22,103 bases of DNA, taken from assembly GCA_040752695.1 (NCBI GenBank), contig JBFMGO010000094.1, positions 1 through 22,103 on the forward strand, in the 5' to 3' direction. A program made the translations under genes and the position numbers. Positions 1 to 8,646 of this stretch are shown here, one piece after another. The stretch is from a bacterium. GTDB taxonomy: Bacteria > SZUA-182 > DTGQ01. The notes below the pieces were generated by a model, which saw only the letters and a program-made list of their open reading frames with translations, ran no database searches and was not told the origin of the DNA. The first letter of the stretch is position 1; each line of letters starts with the position of its first letter.

Positions 1-1306
1 AAAGGTAATACATATTGTTAAGCCAAAGCTCCCACCTCGAATTTCTCCCGCCAAAAAGCTTTCTCCCCACCGTTGAAATGTCATTCGATATCTTTCGTAA
101 TGTATCCAGCCGAGACGGTGAAACATCTTTAACGAGCTTTAACACCTTGAACTCAGCCTGAGATTTATGCCAGAACAGAATGTTCATCAAAAAAGCGTCC
201 TGCCTGCTCCCGACATGAGCACTCCCGACATGCATGCCCCCATTCTGACCTCTCTGGTCCTCATGGCTGTAATTCCCTGCCTGTGAAAGGAACTTTTTAT
301 AATTGTCTGCTCTTAAGGTGGCATCAAAGGAGAGTTTCAGCCATGTGGTCCATTTTGGCAAGTCTCCATCAAAGGGAAGGATAAGCTCAGGTATGATATA
401 CACATTTTGATTGGCCAGCCGGGTGGACAGGAAATTTTTGGTAAAGCTCTCACCGATAACCAGAGAATGGTAACATCCTTTGCAGAACGAAAGATTCTTG
501 TAGAAATGCTTATCACCCCCAAACTCGGAGGAAAATCCTACCTTGTCAGTAATATAATAGCTGAATTCCAGTTTGGTGGTATCGGATGACACCTGCCCTC
601 GCCTTCCACAGATATGACAGACGGACGTCCGGCATCTGTCGAACACCTCCTCCTGCTTTTTCCGCAGGAGATAGGCCTGATAGTCTTTGAATGTTCTTAC
701 GTCCGCTCCGTTAATTTTGACGGTAAACATACGCAGATCTCTTCTGGAGATCCCTTTTGACTCCCTCACCCAGTTCCAGAAACACTGAGAAGCCACTCTC
801 ACCATCAGTTTATGGTTGATAAGGACTTTCTTCCCCCCGCCGTCACAGATCGATTCCGGATTTCCCTTGCGGTAGCCGGGCAGCCTGCAAAGATCAAGGA
901 TAAATCTGTATCTTTTGGCAGATCCTTTTTGCTCGCCAAAGTCGTGAAAAAAGGTATCTCTGATTTTAACCAGATTATCTTTCAGGCTTCCGGCAGGCAG
1001 GCAGGTGATCAGATTGGGAATGGTCTGCGATAGAAGATAATCCACATTATTGGTGGTTAACCTGTCCTGAGGACTGTTGGCGGTTTCAGCATTTCCAATC
1101 CAAAGATACTTCCTTGACGTTCCCTCATTTATCACTTCAAGATCAAAATTGAGGCAACCATTCACAAGGTCAAAGTCGATGATCCCGATATAGACTGCTT
1201 CCCCATCCCTGCCCGATACTCCGACCGGCTCGATCAGGTTATCCAAAAAATGACCCTTCGATCCCTGTAAGATAACATCTCCAATCTCTTTTAAAGCCTC
1301 GATCAT
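1..1306 (-). CDS. cas8b: Type I-B CRISPR-associated large subunit Cas8b/Csh1 (TM1802-like), 3'-truncated by the window edge
   Basis: Not in the ORF track because it has no stop in the window. Manual minus-strand translation from ATG at 1306 gives an open frame of ~435 codons: MIEALKEIGDVILQG...KYLWIGNAETANSPQDRLTT...CHICGRRG...FSYYITDKVGFSS...NLSFCKGCY...NVYIIP...MNILFW. It has two CxxC motifs and lies directly downstream of cas6, the usual I-B order. Confidence 0.8.
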   Translation of the reverse strand, partial: MIEALKEIGDVILQGSKGHFLDNLIEPVGVSGRDGEAVYIGIIDFDLVNGCLNFDLEVINEGTSRKYLWIGNAETANSPQDRLTTNNVDYLLSQTIPNLITCLPAGSLKDNLVKIRDTFFHDFGEQKGSAKRYRFILDLCRLPGYRKGNPESICDGGGKKVLINHKLMVRVASQCFWNWVRESKGISRRDLRMFTVKINGADVRTFKDYQAYLLRKKQEEVFDRCRTSVCHICGRRGQVSSDTTKLEFSYYITDKVGFSSEFGGDKHFYKNLSFCKGCYHSLVIGESFTKNFLSTRLANQNVYIIPELILPFDGDLPKWTTWLKLSFDATLRADNYKKFLSQAGNYSHEDQRGQNGGMHVGSAHVGSRQDAFLMNILFWHKSQAEFKVLKLVKDVSPSRLDTLRKISNDISTVGRKLFGGRNSRWELWLNNMYYL

Positions 1307-1354
1307 CCGCTGTCCATCCTTACGATTGATTCACCATTTCTGAATGCCGACTCC

Positions 1355-1498
1355 TTTTATGCTGCTCCTCTTTTTGATTCTTTCACCGCTTGGTGAATGC
1401 TTCCCCTTAACGCCGCCCCTTTTAGCCGTACCCTTAACGCCGCCCCTTCTATGCCGTACCTTTTTATGCTGCTCCTCTTTTTGGTTCATTCACCGCTT
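1355..1498. repeat. Nested direct repeats between cas6 and cas8b: two 37-bp copies flanking two 27/28-bp copies
   Basis: TTTTATGCTGCTCCTCTTTTTG(A/G)TTC(T/A)TTCACCGCTT at 1355-1391 and 1462-1498 (2 mismatches). CCCTTAACGCCGCCCCTT...GCCGTA at 1404-1430 and 1431-1458. Confidence 0.9.
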
Positions 1499-2256
1499 CC
1501 GACTCCTGCTTCCCTTTCATCAAGCATTACTTCGAAACAGCCAAACCCTTGTGAATTCTTGGCACCGATTCCGGTATTATAAGCAACGTCGAGCAGTTCG
1601 GGCGTGCCTTTCAATTCGTAGACTCCTTCCCAGGCCTTGATGATGAAGTCCTTGTAAGTCAGGATTCGTTCGTTTTTATTGCCTGAGAAAAGAGGAGTTA
1701 TGCGAAGAGTGTAATCGCACTTTTTTGAATACAGGATCTCGAACTTTTTCTTGATATTGGCTTCGATCTGTTCAGTGAATTCGTTTTCGAAGGGAGAGAA
1801 GTAATAGGTCTTTTTCCCTCCGTCTCCCTTTTGCAGGGTACTGTAAACGGTGACTGGAGACAGCATAACGATTTTCACTCTTTCGGGAAAGCTCTTTGGA
1901 AGGTGAATGCTTATGGATTCCGGTCGAAGTTTGTTCTTTCCCAGCATTACGAATTCCTGCTTAACCATATACTCGGCGAAGTCCTGCATGAACCAGTTAA
2001 TGGGAGAGGCTATGACAAACTTGATGTCCTTTGTGAAAATAAAATATTTGGAATAATTATCTACCAGAGGGCTCGCCAGAATCCTGGAAAAAGTAAAAAG
2101 TTTAAATCTGCGGTTTTGATGTAAAAATCCTTCCTGATGGAGCCTTGTTGCACTTTCCGGCGGCAGGTTGCGATAAATCATCCCCTGGATGAGCTGATTA
2201 TGCTCAAACGGGAGAACTACTTGGGTTTCTGAAGCTAAAGAGACAGTTATTCTCAT
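1486..2256 (-). CDS. cas6: CRISPR-associated endoribonuclease Cas6
   Basis: 256 aa. LHQEGF..RRFKLFTFS, SPVTVYST, YFSP and the C-terminal Gly-rich loop GIGAKNSQGFG are typical of Cas6. Confidence 0.95.
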   Translation of the reverse strand: MRITVSLASETQVVLPFEHNQLIQGMIYRNLPPESATRLHQEGFLHQNRRFKLFTFSRILASPLVDNYSKYFIFTKDIKFVIASPINWFMQDFAEYMVKQEFVMLGKNKLRPESISIHLPKSFPERVKIVMLSPVTVYSTLQKGDGGKKTYYFSPFENEFTEQIEANIKKKFEILYSKKCDYTLRITPLFSGNKNERILTYKDFIIKAWEGVYELKGTPELLDVAYNTGIGAKNSQGFGCFEVMLDEREAGVGSGE

Positions 2257-2338
2257 AATGGATACTCTCTTTACTGAAAAATGTTTTTATAACTTTGGTC
2301 CGGAAAAGTTTAAAGGGAAACGTTCATTATTTAGTAAA

Positions 2339-2367
2339 ATAGTAATCGATCCTGGTTTTATTTTCAA
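2339..2367 (-). promoter_or_regulatory. Candidate sigma70-type promoter for the cas operon
   Basis: Minus strand TTGAAA-N17-TACTAT about 80 nt upstream of the cas6 ATG, in an AT-rich divergent intergenic region. Confidence 0.35.
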
Positions 2368-2515
2368 GGAAAATGTTTAATTACCAGACATAATTCATAA
2401 ATAGAAATGAGATGACTTTAATTTTGTAAAGTTATTTTTTAAATCGATATTGCTATGATTTTAAATTTGGCATTCATTTTTCTCCAGCAAGTACACTTTT
2501 CTGCCGGGGATCGGA

Positions 2516-2559
2516 TCCTTGGAATCTTCTCCATCGGGGGTCCTTGGAATCTTCTCCAT
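2516..2559. repeat. 19-bp direct repeat (period 25) upstream of the enhancer-binding protein gene
   Basis: TCCTTGGAATCTTCTCCAT at 2516-2534 and 2541-2559. Confidence 0.85.
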
Positions 2560-2658
2560 TACATGAAACCTGATGGAAAAACATGCTCATTCCGATACCT
2601 TAAAAGAGGGAACATTCATTTTGCTTATCTATTTTAACCATCCTGGTAGGATTCATTT

Positions 2659-4209
2659 ATGTGGAAGGTTTTACTGATTGATCAAAATCGTGCCTTTGCA
2701 GATGTAGTGGTCAGTCGCGTCTGCGCAGATGACAAAAGACTGATCATCGCCCGGGATTCAGAAACAGCGGTCAAGATGCTCCAAGGTGAGCAGTTTCACA
2801 TGATCGTCATTCATGATGATCTTCCTGACAGGGGCTGTTTTCGCATTTTGGAACTGGCCATGATGATCGATGAAGCCATGCCGGTAAACCTGATTCTCTC
2901 CCGGTGTCGATTGGAGGATTTTAAAGGCATCATCAAGCCTTACACCTGGAGTGTCCTGGACGGCGGATTTACGATTGACTCGCTTATCAACACCATCAAT
3001 AACACCATCGAAAATATAAAGCTCAATCATAAAATCCGCTATCTGACTCACACCCAGAACTACATTTTCAAGTTCGATAATATTGTCGGAGTCAGTGAAA
3101 AGATCCAGGAAGTTTTCTCCTTTATCAGAAAAGTTGCCAAGAGCGATTCTACGGTGCTCATTCAGGGAGAGACAGGAACGGGGAAGGAACTGATTGCTGC
3201 TGCACTGCATTATAACAGTTTGCGATGTCAGGAGAATTTTGTAGCCGTGAACTGTGCCACCCTGAACGAGAACCTCCTGGAGAGCGAGCTTTTCGGTCAT
3301 GAAAAAGGTGCTTTTACCGGCGCCCAGAACCTGAGAATCGGGCGGTTTGAGCAGGCAAACTGCGGAACGCTGTTCCTCGACGAGGTTGGAGAGATGAGTC
3401 TGGCGGTTCAGGCCAAGGTTTTACGGGTATTGCAAAACCAGGAGTTTGAAAGAGTCGGAAGCAGCAAAACGATTAAGGTGGATGTCAGGGTGATTGCCGC
3501 CACGAACCGGAACCTGCAGGCAGAAGTGAAAGAGGGCAGGTTCCGGCAGGACCTTTACTACAGATTAAGTGTTCTCCCCATTACTATTCCTCCTTTGCGG
3601 GAGAGAAAAGAGGACATAGCACCCCTGGCAGTCTACTTTTTTAATAAATATAAAAAGAGAGGAGAAAACATTCTGGTGGGCTTTCATCCTGCCTGCCTCA
3701 GCATGCTTGAAGAATACCATTGGCCAGGCAATGTCCGCGAACTGGAAAATGTCATTGAGCGTGCCCTGCTGGTTGCGGGTAACGAATATATTATGCCGGA
3801 TGACCTTTTGATACCCAATGCGCTGAAATTGAATACCATCACTGAGAAGAAAATGACAAACAGTAGCGGCACCGACGCTGGCAGCGGCACCGACGCTGGC
3901 AACGGCACCGACGCTGGCAACGGCACCGACGCTGGCAGCGTCGGCGGCAGTAGTAACAGCAGTAATAACAGCAGTAATAATAATGGTTTTAACATAAAGC
4001 TGCCCCCTGGAGGGGTAAACTTAAAGTCGATCGAGCGAGAGCTCATTATCCAGGCCATGAAAATGAGTGACGGCGTTCAGAAAGATGCAGCCAAGTTACT
4101 GGGAATCAGTAGCAGGGTGATTAATTATAAGATCAAAAAGTATAAACTGCTTCCATCGGGAAAACCCGGCGGCCCGGCTCAAAAGATGGGAAAGGCACAT
4201 GAATGTTGA
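2659..4209 (+). CDS. Sigma54-dependent transcriptional activator (NtrC/Fis family): atypical REC - AAA+ - HTH
   Basis: Walker A GETGTGKE, ESELFGHEKGAFTGA, Walker B LFLDEV, RQDLYYRL, WPGNVREL, C-terminal HTH AAKLLGIS..INYKIKKY. The N-terminal domain has a REC-like pattern. Confidence 0.95.
   Translation: MWKVLLIDQNRAFADVVVSRVCADDKRLIIARDSETAVKMLQGEQFHMIVIHDDLPDRGCFRILELAMMIDEAMPVNLILSRCRLEDFKGIIKPYTWSVLDGGFTIDSLINTINNTIENIKLNHKIRYLTHTQNYIFKFDNIVGVSEKIQEVFSFIRKVAKSDSTVLIQGETGTGKELIAAALHYNSLRCQENFVAVNCATLNENLLESELFGHEKGAFTGAQNLRIGRFEQANCGTLFLDEVGEMSLAVQAKVLRVLQNQEFERVGSSKTIKVDVRVIAATNRNLQAEVKEGRFRQDLYYRLSVLPITIPPLRERKEDIAPLAVYFFNKYKKRGENILVGFHPACLSMLEEYHWPGNVRELENVIERALLVAGNEYIMPDDLLIPNALKLNTITEKKMTNSSGTDAGSGTDAGNGTDAGNGTDAGSVGGSSNSSNNSSNNNGFNIKLPPGGVNLKSIERELIIQAMKMSDGVQKDAAKLLGISSRVINYKIKKYKLLPSGKPGGPAQKMGKAHEC
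3865..3936 (+). repeat. 4 x 18-bp in-frame tandem repeat (S/N-GTDAG) in the AAA+-HTH linker, followed by a Ser/Asn tract
   Basis: A(G/A)CGGCACCGACGCTGGC repeated four times. Confidence 0.95.
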
Positions 4210-5179
4210 TGAGGCCATTGCGAAGATAGAGGATATCCCCACACTCCCGACGACACTGGCAGAGGTTCTGCGGACTACCTCTTCAGAAAATGGTTCTGTG
4301 AAGGAATTGAGCCAGATAATCTACTCCGACCAGTCCCTGACCACCAAGATCCTGAAAATGGCCAATTCATCTTTCTATGGATTTGTTCACCAGATAAGGA
4401 GCGTCGATCGGGCCATCGTTATCCTCGGGTTTGATGAAGTACGCGCCATAGCCATAGCCGTGTCTATTTTCGATTCCGTCTATCTGAGAAAAGGGGGAGT
4501 CTACTACAGCAGGATCAGGTCCTGGAACCATTCTCTCCTGTGCGCGCTCGGCACCAGGCTCCTGGCCGGTATATTCGGGAAGAGCAAGAATCTTGGGCCG
4601 GAACTTTTTGTGGGGGGATTGATTCACGATATCGGCAAGGTTTTTATGGACCGGTACTTCCCCGAAAGCTTCGTCAAGGTTCTGGAACTGGTTGAAGAAA
4701 CATCTTTGACTATGGAATCTGCGGAGCGGGAAGTTTTTGGTTTCGATCATGCTCTTCTGGCCGGGGCGCTTTTGAGGAAATGGAAATTTCCCGAACAATT
4801 GACCGATATCGTCATGTACCATCACCACCCTGAACTTGCAAGAGCCAATAAGGGCCGGATCGCTTTGATTTGTATGGCGGACCTCATGTGTCACCAGTTA
4901 GGATACTCTACCTATACCTGTGAACCCAGGCCCAGTCTCAGAGAGTCTTTCCGCTCGAAGATGTTGACCTTGGCCCAGAATGAGGGAGAACTTCTGACTC
5001 CCAGGATTTTGATCGCTTCTTTACGGAAACTGAAGGAACGCACGGCTGAAGTAGATCATCTGTCCAGATCCTTATTCCCCCATGAATGCCCTGAGTACCC
5101 TGAGCACCATGCAAACGGAAAAAAGCTACGAGACGCAACGAAGGAAGCCAGCCTGGAAAAAGGGTTGGCCTCTCCTTAA
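4199..5179 (+). CDS. HDOD domain protein (HD-related signal output domain)
   Basis: IPTLP, DQSLTTKILKMANSSFYG, AIVILGFDEV, WNHS, GLIHDIGK, EREVFGFDHA, WKFP, YHHHP. Overlaps the end of the upstream regulator by 11 nt. Confidence 0.92.
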   Translation: MNVDEAIAKIEDIPTLPTTLAEVLRTTSSENGSVKELSQIIYSDQSLTTKILKMANSSFYGFVHQIRSVDRAIVILGFDEVRAIAIAVSIFDSVYLRKGGVYYSRIRSWNHSLLCALGTRLLAGIFGKSKNLGPELFVGGLIHDIGKVFMDRYFPESFVKVLELVEETSLTMESAEREVFGFDHALLAGALLRKWKFPEQLTDIVMYHHHPELARANKGRIALICMADLMCHQLGYSTYTCEPRPSLRESFRSKMLTLAQNEGELLTPRILIASLRKLKERTAEVDHLSRSLFPHECPEYPEHHANGKKLRDATKEASLEKGLASP

Positions 5180-5219
5180 AAGTACCGGAGAGGCCGCATC
5201 GTGCCTTCTTAGTGTGTGC

Positions 5220-8144
5220 TTAAAACCAGGAGCCGATGGCCGAAATAAAACACGTTTTTGATTTGCCTGAAGATTCCGAAGGTACGAGGATATACTCAGG
5301 CTTCGTATTGTTGGGATCTTGAGGCGTAGCGTAAATATTCTGCGACGGCAGACTTTCGATATCATACTCGTTATATGCGGTGAGCAGGATCCAGTAAGTG
5401 GTGTTGTTCTGAAGATTGGTGAGGGTGTAGGTGCTCACATCCCCCACATCAACCTTATTTTTCAGGTTTCTGGTGCTGCTGCTCCCAGTTCCGTCTATTC
5501 CGCCCGGAGTACCGCCAGTGCCATCCATGCCGCTGTTATCCCATCCGCCACTGCTGCCTCCATCGCCGGGAGTACCACCGCCGCCTGGAGTACCGCCGCT
5601 GCTGCCGGGAACACCGCCGGGATTATAGCGGCTCACGGGCTGGAGTGCCTTGATTGCGGAAATGTCATAGTAGAGATAGTAGCCGTTGGCTGCATCAACC
5701 CTCTCCCAACTGAGTTTGACCGTAGAGGCATCGACGGTGACCAGGATTGATGCCGGCCTGGATGGAGGCTCGGCTATGCCTTTTCTCCCGAAACTTTCTT
5801 GAATCAAATCCCTGTTCACTTTGTTGTACTTGGCCTCATCTACGGCCAGAACATCCAGGAGGAAATCCAGGTAAGTAACCGGCTCTGCATACATAGCGTA
5901 TAAAAAGAGGGTATCGGCTACCTTGATCCCATTTTCTCCCTTGTACTTATCGTAGAGCTTGTTGCGCAGGTCCCACATGGCACCGGACAGAATGAGGCTG
6001 CTTTCATAGAGATCATCCCCGTAATTAAGCTTGTAGTGCAGGTCATTGTTAAGGTCCCGCAAGGCACCGCCGGTCCAGAACCCGCCTTCGGCAATTTGCG
6101 AATCGTCATTCAGGGTACAGGCCCAGTAATCGGAAAACGCCTCATGCATGGCATCGAACTGATTGAAGCGGCTCGGATTGGAGAAGGGATTACTCTTGTA
6201 GATGCTGTCCGTGACAGCATGAGCTACTTCATGGTAAATGATGTCTGAAAAGAGCGAGAAATCCTGATACTCAGATTTGTTTCCCTCCCCCAGGTAGATT
6301 CCGTCACCTTCGAGCCAGTAGGAATTCGTGCTCTCCGCTGTATTATGAACCGTTACGGAAATGGGAAAGGAAGATGCATTTTTCACAGGAAAGTTCGGAT
6401 CAATTGTTCGAAGGTACTCGATAAGACGATTAGAGTGATAATAGGCATTCAACTCATCGATGTCCGCTGAGGCGCTGATCACTCCGGTATCAGTCTGAAC
6501 ACTGTAGTCGCTGGCGGGCTTGAGGTTAATGGTGATGTCCTGGCTGTTTCGGTTGACATTACCGCTGGTATAAACCAGTCCTTCCCCCATCGTGGTTCGT
6601 ATCTGAAAATAGGTCCCCTTGAGGTTAATATCAAGAATATTGCTCTGTGCCTCATCAGTAAAGGTGAAACTTCCATTCACGTTCGTCACTGACTGGTTCC
6701 CCTGATAGACACCGATATCGTCCAGGTTCCACCCGCAGTAGTTATAGTAACTGTTGGTCGTTCCAAGCCCCCATCGGATAGAGAGGGTATTCTGGCTACT
6801 GGTCAACAAAGATGACAGATCGTAAGAGATCAGTTTCCATGTTCCATCGTAGATCGGGTCTTTCGGATTTGACCAGACTTCACGCCAGGTGCCTGGAAAG
6901 TCGCTGACTTCAATAGTGGCTCTGTCCGAATCCGACCCTTCGACTCCAAGCCATCGCCAGAATCTGAGCACGATTTTCCCCCCTTCGCCGGCTTTGCTCA
7001 TAGCCGGAGTGCTCAGGTATTCCCGGTTGGGCATGTTATTGGGGTAGCTGCCCTGAAGGTTATACCCGTAAACCTTGGATCCTGTGTGGCCAGAGGCCGG
7101 ATCTGCCCAGGTTTCATTGTTCTCCGGCTGCGGCGTGCCGTATCCCCAGCCAAACAGTGATGTGCCGGACCAGCCCGGATCGGAGCCGAGATCCTCGTAC
7201 ATCAGGGGATTGGTCTTATCTAAAAGCATGATCTTCAGATTTGGAAAGGGAACCTGAATTGTCTGATTGGGATATTTGGGAAAGATCAGCCCTTGAACTT
7301 TTCCAGAAACCGCGTAGCGCGCCCGATCGTAGCCTTCGACAACGGTTTTGTCATGAGCGTCAATCAAATACCTCCACCCCTTCCTTTGAGTCCTGGAGGT
7401 CAGGTTGACCTCCCAGCACAGCCTGTAGGAAGTATTCTGATTGTCCTCCTCCGTGCTCGGGTAGATAACCAGCCGGAGATCACTGCCGGTGAAAGAATCC
7501 GACGAAAGGCCGAGATCACCCGCTGCAATGTCCAGTGCTGTCTGGCTTCCTAAAGATGCTGTCGTATCAATGACTATTCCCGGATAAAATGTTCCGCCAA
7601 AATTCAGGAGCTTGCCGGATTTGTGGTAGCGGAAAATCAAACTGCTCCCATACACTGGGACATCCTGAACGTACTGCATGAACCGTACAGACCAGATTCC
7701 TCCTCTTTGGTAGACTTCCTCCTGCCGGAAATTCTCGCTGCTTACGCCGAAGACCGATTCGTTTTCCTGTATGAATTTTTTCGCCTCTTCGGCAAAATCC
7801 GTCTGATTGTTCAATTTCCTGGCGGCATTCTCTGAAGGGTCCGTATTGTCTACCCGAAGATAATGTGCAGTTTCATCCCGCAGGATCCTCCATTTTTCTC
7901 CATTTTGAGCCAGAAAAGATTTCCATGTCTTATCCTTTTGAAGTTCTTGAGGGGTAACTCGGCGAATGTTTTCTCCTCTCCTGGTATAACCGCCGGTCAA
8001 CCCTTTTTCACCTTTATTCGCATGAGTCGAAAAAAGTGCATGAGCAGGACTGCTCCAGAGAGCTGTCCCTCCGATAAGAATAATGAGAGATAGCATAGTA
8101 AAAAGAAAACCAAGCAGTCGGTCGCGTTGAAACATGATGAACAA
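5220..8144 (-). CDS. Secreted multidomain zinc metallopeptidase, M4/M36-like: signal peptide, FTP/PepSY-like propeptide, inserted beta-sandwich, gluzincin domain, FN3, CFI-like C-terminus
   Basis: Signal peptide ending SPAHA. Propeptide motifs RFMQYVQDVPVYGS and WRYLIDAHD. Zinc motif HEVAH plus downstream HEAFSDYW. NSYW...YLGEG resembles thermolysin NAFW..YGDG. FN3 motifs LSWE..GYYLYY, LTNLQNNTTY..LTAYN. Ends CFISAIGSWF. Start could be TTG 8144 or ATG 8135. Confidence 0.82.
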   Translation of the reverse strand: MFIMFQRDRLLGFLFTMLSLIILIGGTALWSSPAHALFSTHANKGEKGLTGGYTRRGENIRRVTPQELQKDKTWKSFLAQNGEKWRILRDETAHYLRVDNTDPSENAARKLNNQTDFAEEAKKFIQENESVFGVSSENFRQEEVYQRGGIWSVRFMQYVQDVPVYGSSLIFRYHKSGKLLNFGGTFYPGIVIDTTASLGSQTALDIAAGDLGLSSDSFTGSDLRLVIYPSTEEDNQNTSYRLCWEVNLTSRTQRKGWRYLIDAHDKTVVEGYDRARYAVSGKVQGLIFPKYPNQTIQVPFPNLKIMLLDKTNPLMYEDLGSDPGWSGTSLFGWGYGTPQPENNETWADPASGHTGSKVYGYNLQGSYPNNMPNREYLSTPAMSKAGEGGKIVLRFWRWLGVEGSDSDRATIEVSDFPGTWREVWSNPKDPIYDGTWKLISYDLSSLLTSSQNTLSIRWGLGTTNSYYNYCGWNLDDIGVYQGNQSVTNVNGSFTFTDEAQSNILDINLKGTYFQIRTTMGEGLVYTSGNVNRNSQDITINLKPASDYSVQTDTGVISASADIDELNAYYHSNRLIEYLRTIDPNFPVKNASSFPISVTVHNTAESTNSYWLEGDGIYLGEGNKSEYQDFSLFSDIIYHEVAHAVTDSIYKSNPFSNPSRFNQFDAMHEAFSDYWACTLNDDSQIAEGGFWTGGALRDLNNDLHYKLNYGDDLYESSLILSGAMWDLRNKLYDKYKGENGIKVADTLFLYAMYAEPVTYLDFLLDVLAVDEAKYNKVNRDLIQESFGRKGIAEPPSRPASILVTVDASTVKLSWERVDAANGYYLYYDISAIKALQPVSRYNPGGVPGSSGGTPGGGGTPGDGGSSGGWDNSGMDGTGGTPGGIDGTGSSSTRNLKNKVDVGDVSTYTLTNLQNNTTYWILLTAYNEYDIESLPSQNIYATPQDPNNTKPEYILVPSESSGKSKTCFISAIGSWF

Positions 8145-8209
8145 TTCCCTCCTTCACATAATGAGATACATGTACACTTTGTTGTCAGGGCTGTTTGTTT
8201 GCTCTGTGG

Positions 8210-8225
8210 TGCATATCCTGTACCA
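8210..8225 (-). promoter_or_regulatory. Candidate sigma54 (-24/-12) promoter of the metallopeptidase gene
   Basis: Minus strand TGGTACAGGATATGCA = GG-N10-GC, about 65 nt upstream of the start codon. Confidence 0.55.
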
Positions 8226-8543
8226 AAAGCGATTCTTCACCTAAACAAGAAAATGGAGAGGAAAACAAACTGATGTGAAAGGAAATGCTGTCCTCTTTCC
8301 TTACCGGCCAGCAGGTTAGGTGTCCTTTTTCAGCAGGGAGCTTTGGTTAATTTTTGAACAGCGATGCAGGTGGAAGGCGGATTGCCTGGAATTGAACAGG
8401 GACGCAGGTGAGAGGCGGATTGCCTGGATCGGGCATTAGGTTTTGCAGACTGGCCGGATGATCGATCAGGTAATTGAGTTGCTTGAAGCTTCAGATGCTT
8501 GCAGCCCCCCCCCGATTGATGGCATCTGTCGATTGCAGCCATT

Positions 8544-8579
8544 AAAAAGGGGATCAGCCTTCTTTAGGCTGATCCCCTT
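8544..8579 (-). terminator. Intrinsic terminator ending the Gly/Tyr-protein gene array
   Basis: Perfect 14-bp stem AAGGGGATCAGCCT / AGGCTGATCCCCTT with a 5-nt loop, running into a U-tract on the minus strand, ~70 nt after the stop at 8647. Confidence 0.85.
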
Positions 8580-8646
8580 ATACGAGCTAAGCAATCCAGT
8601 TAAAAGGAGATTTACACCTTTTATAAAAAGTCCAGTTCTCGCCCTC

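Noticed and set aside
337..1033. Small ORFs 337-522, 407-589 and 812-1033
   Set aside because: They overlap the long cas8b-like frame on the minus strand.
2468..2483. TGGCATTCATTTTTCT as a sigma54 promoter for the activator
   Set aside because: No GC at -12 (GG-N10-TC).
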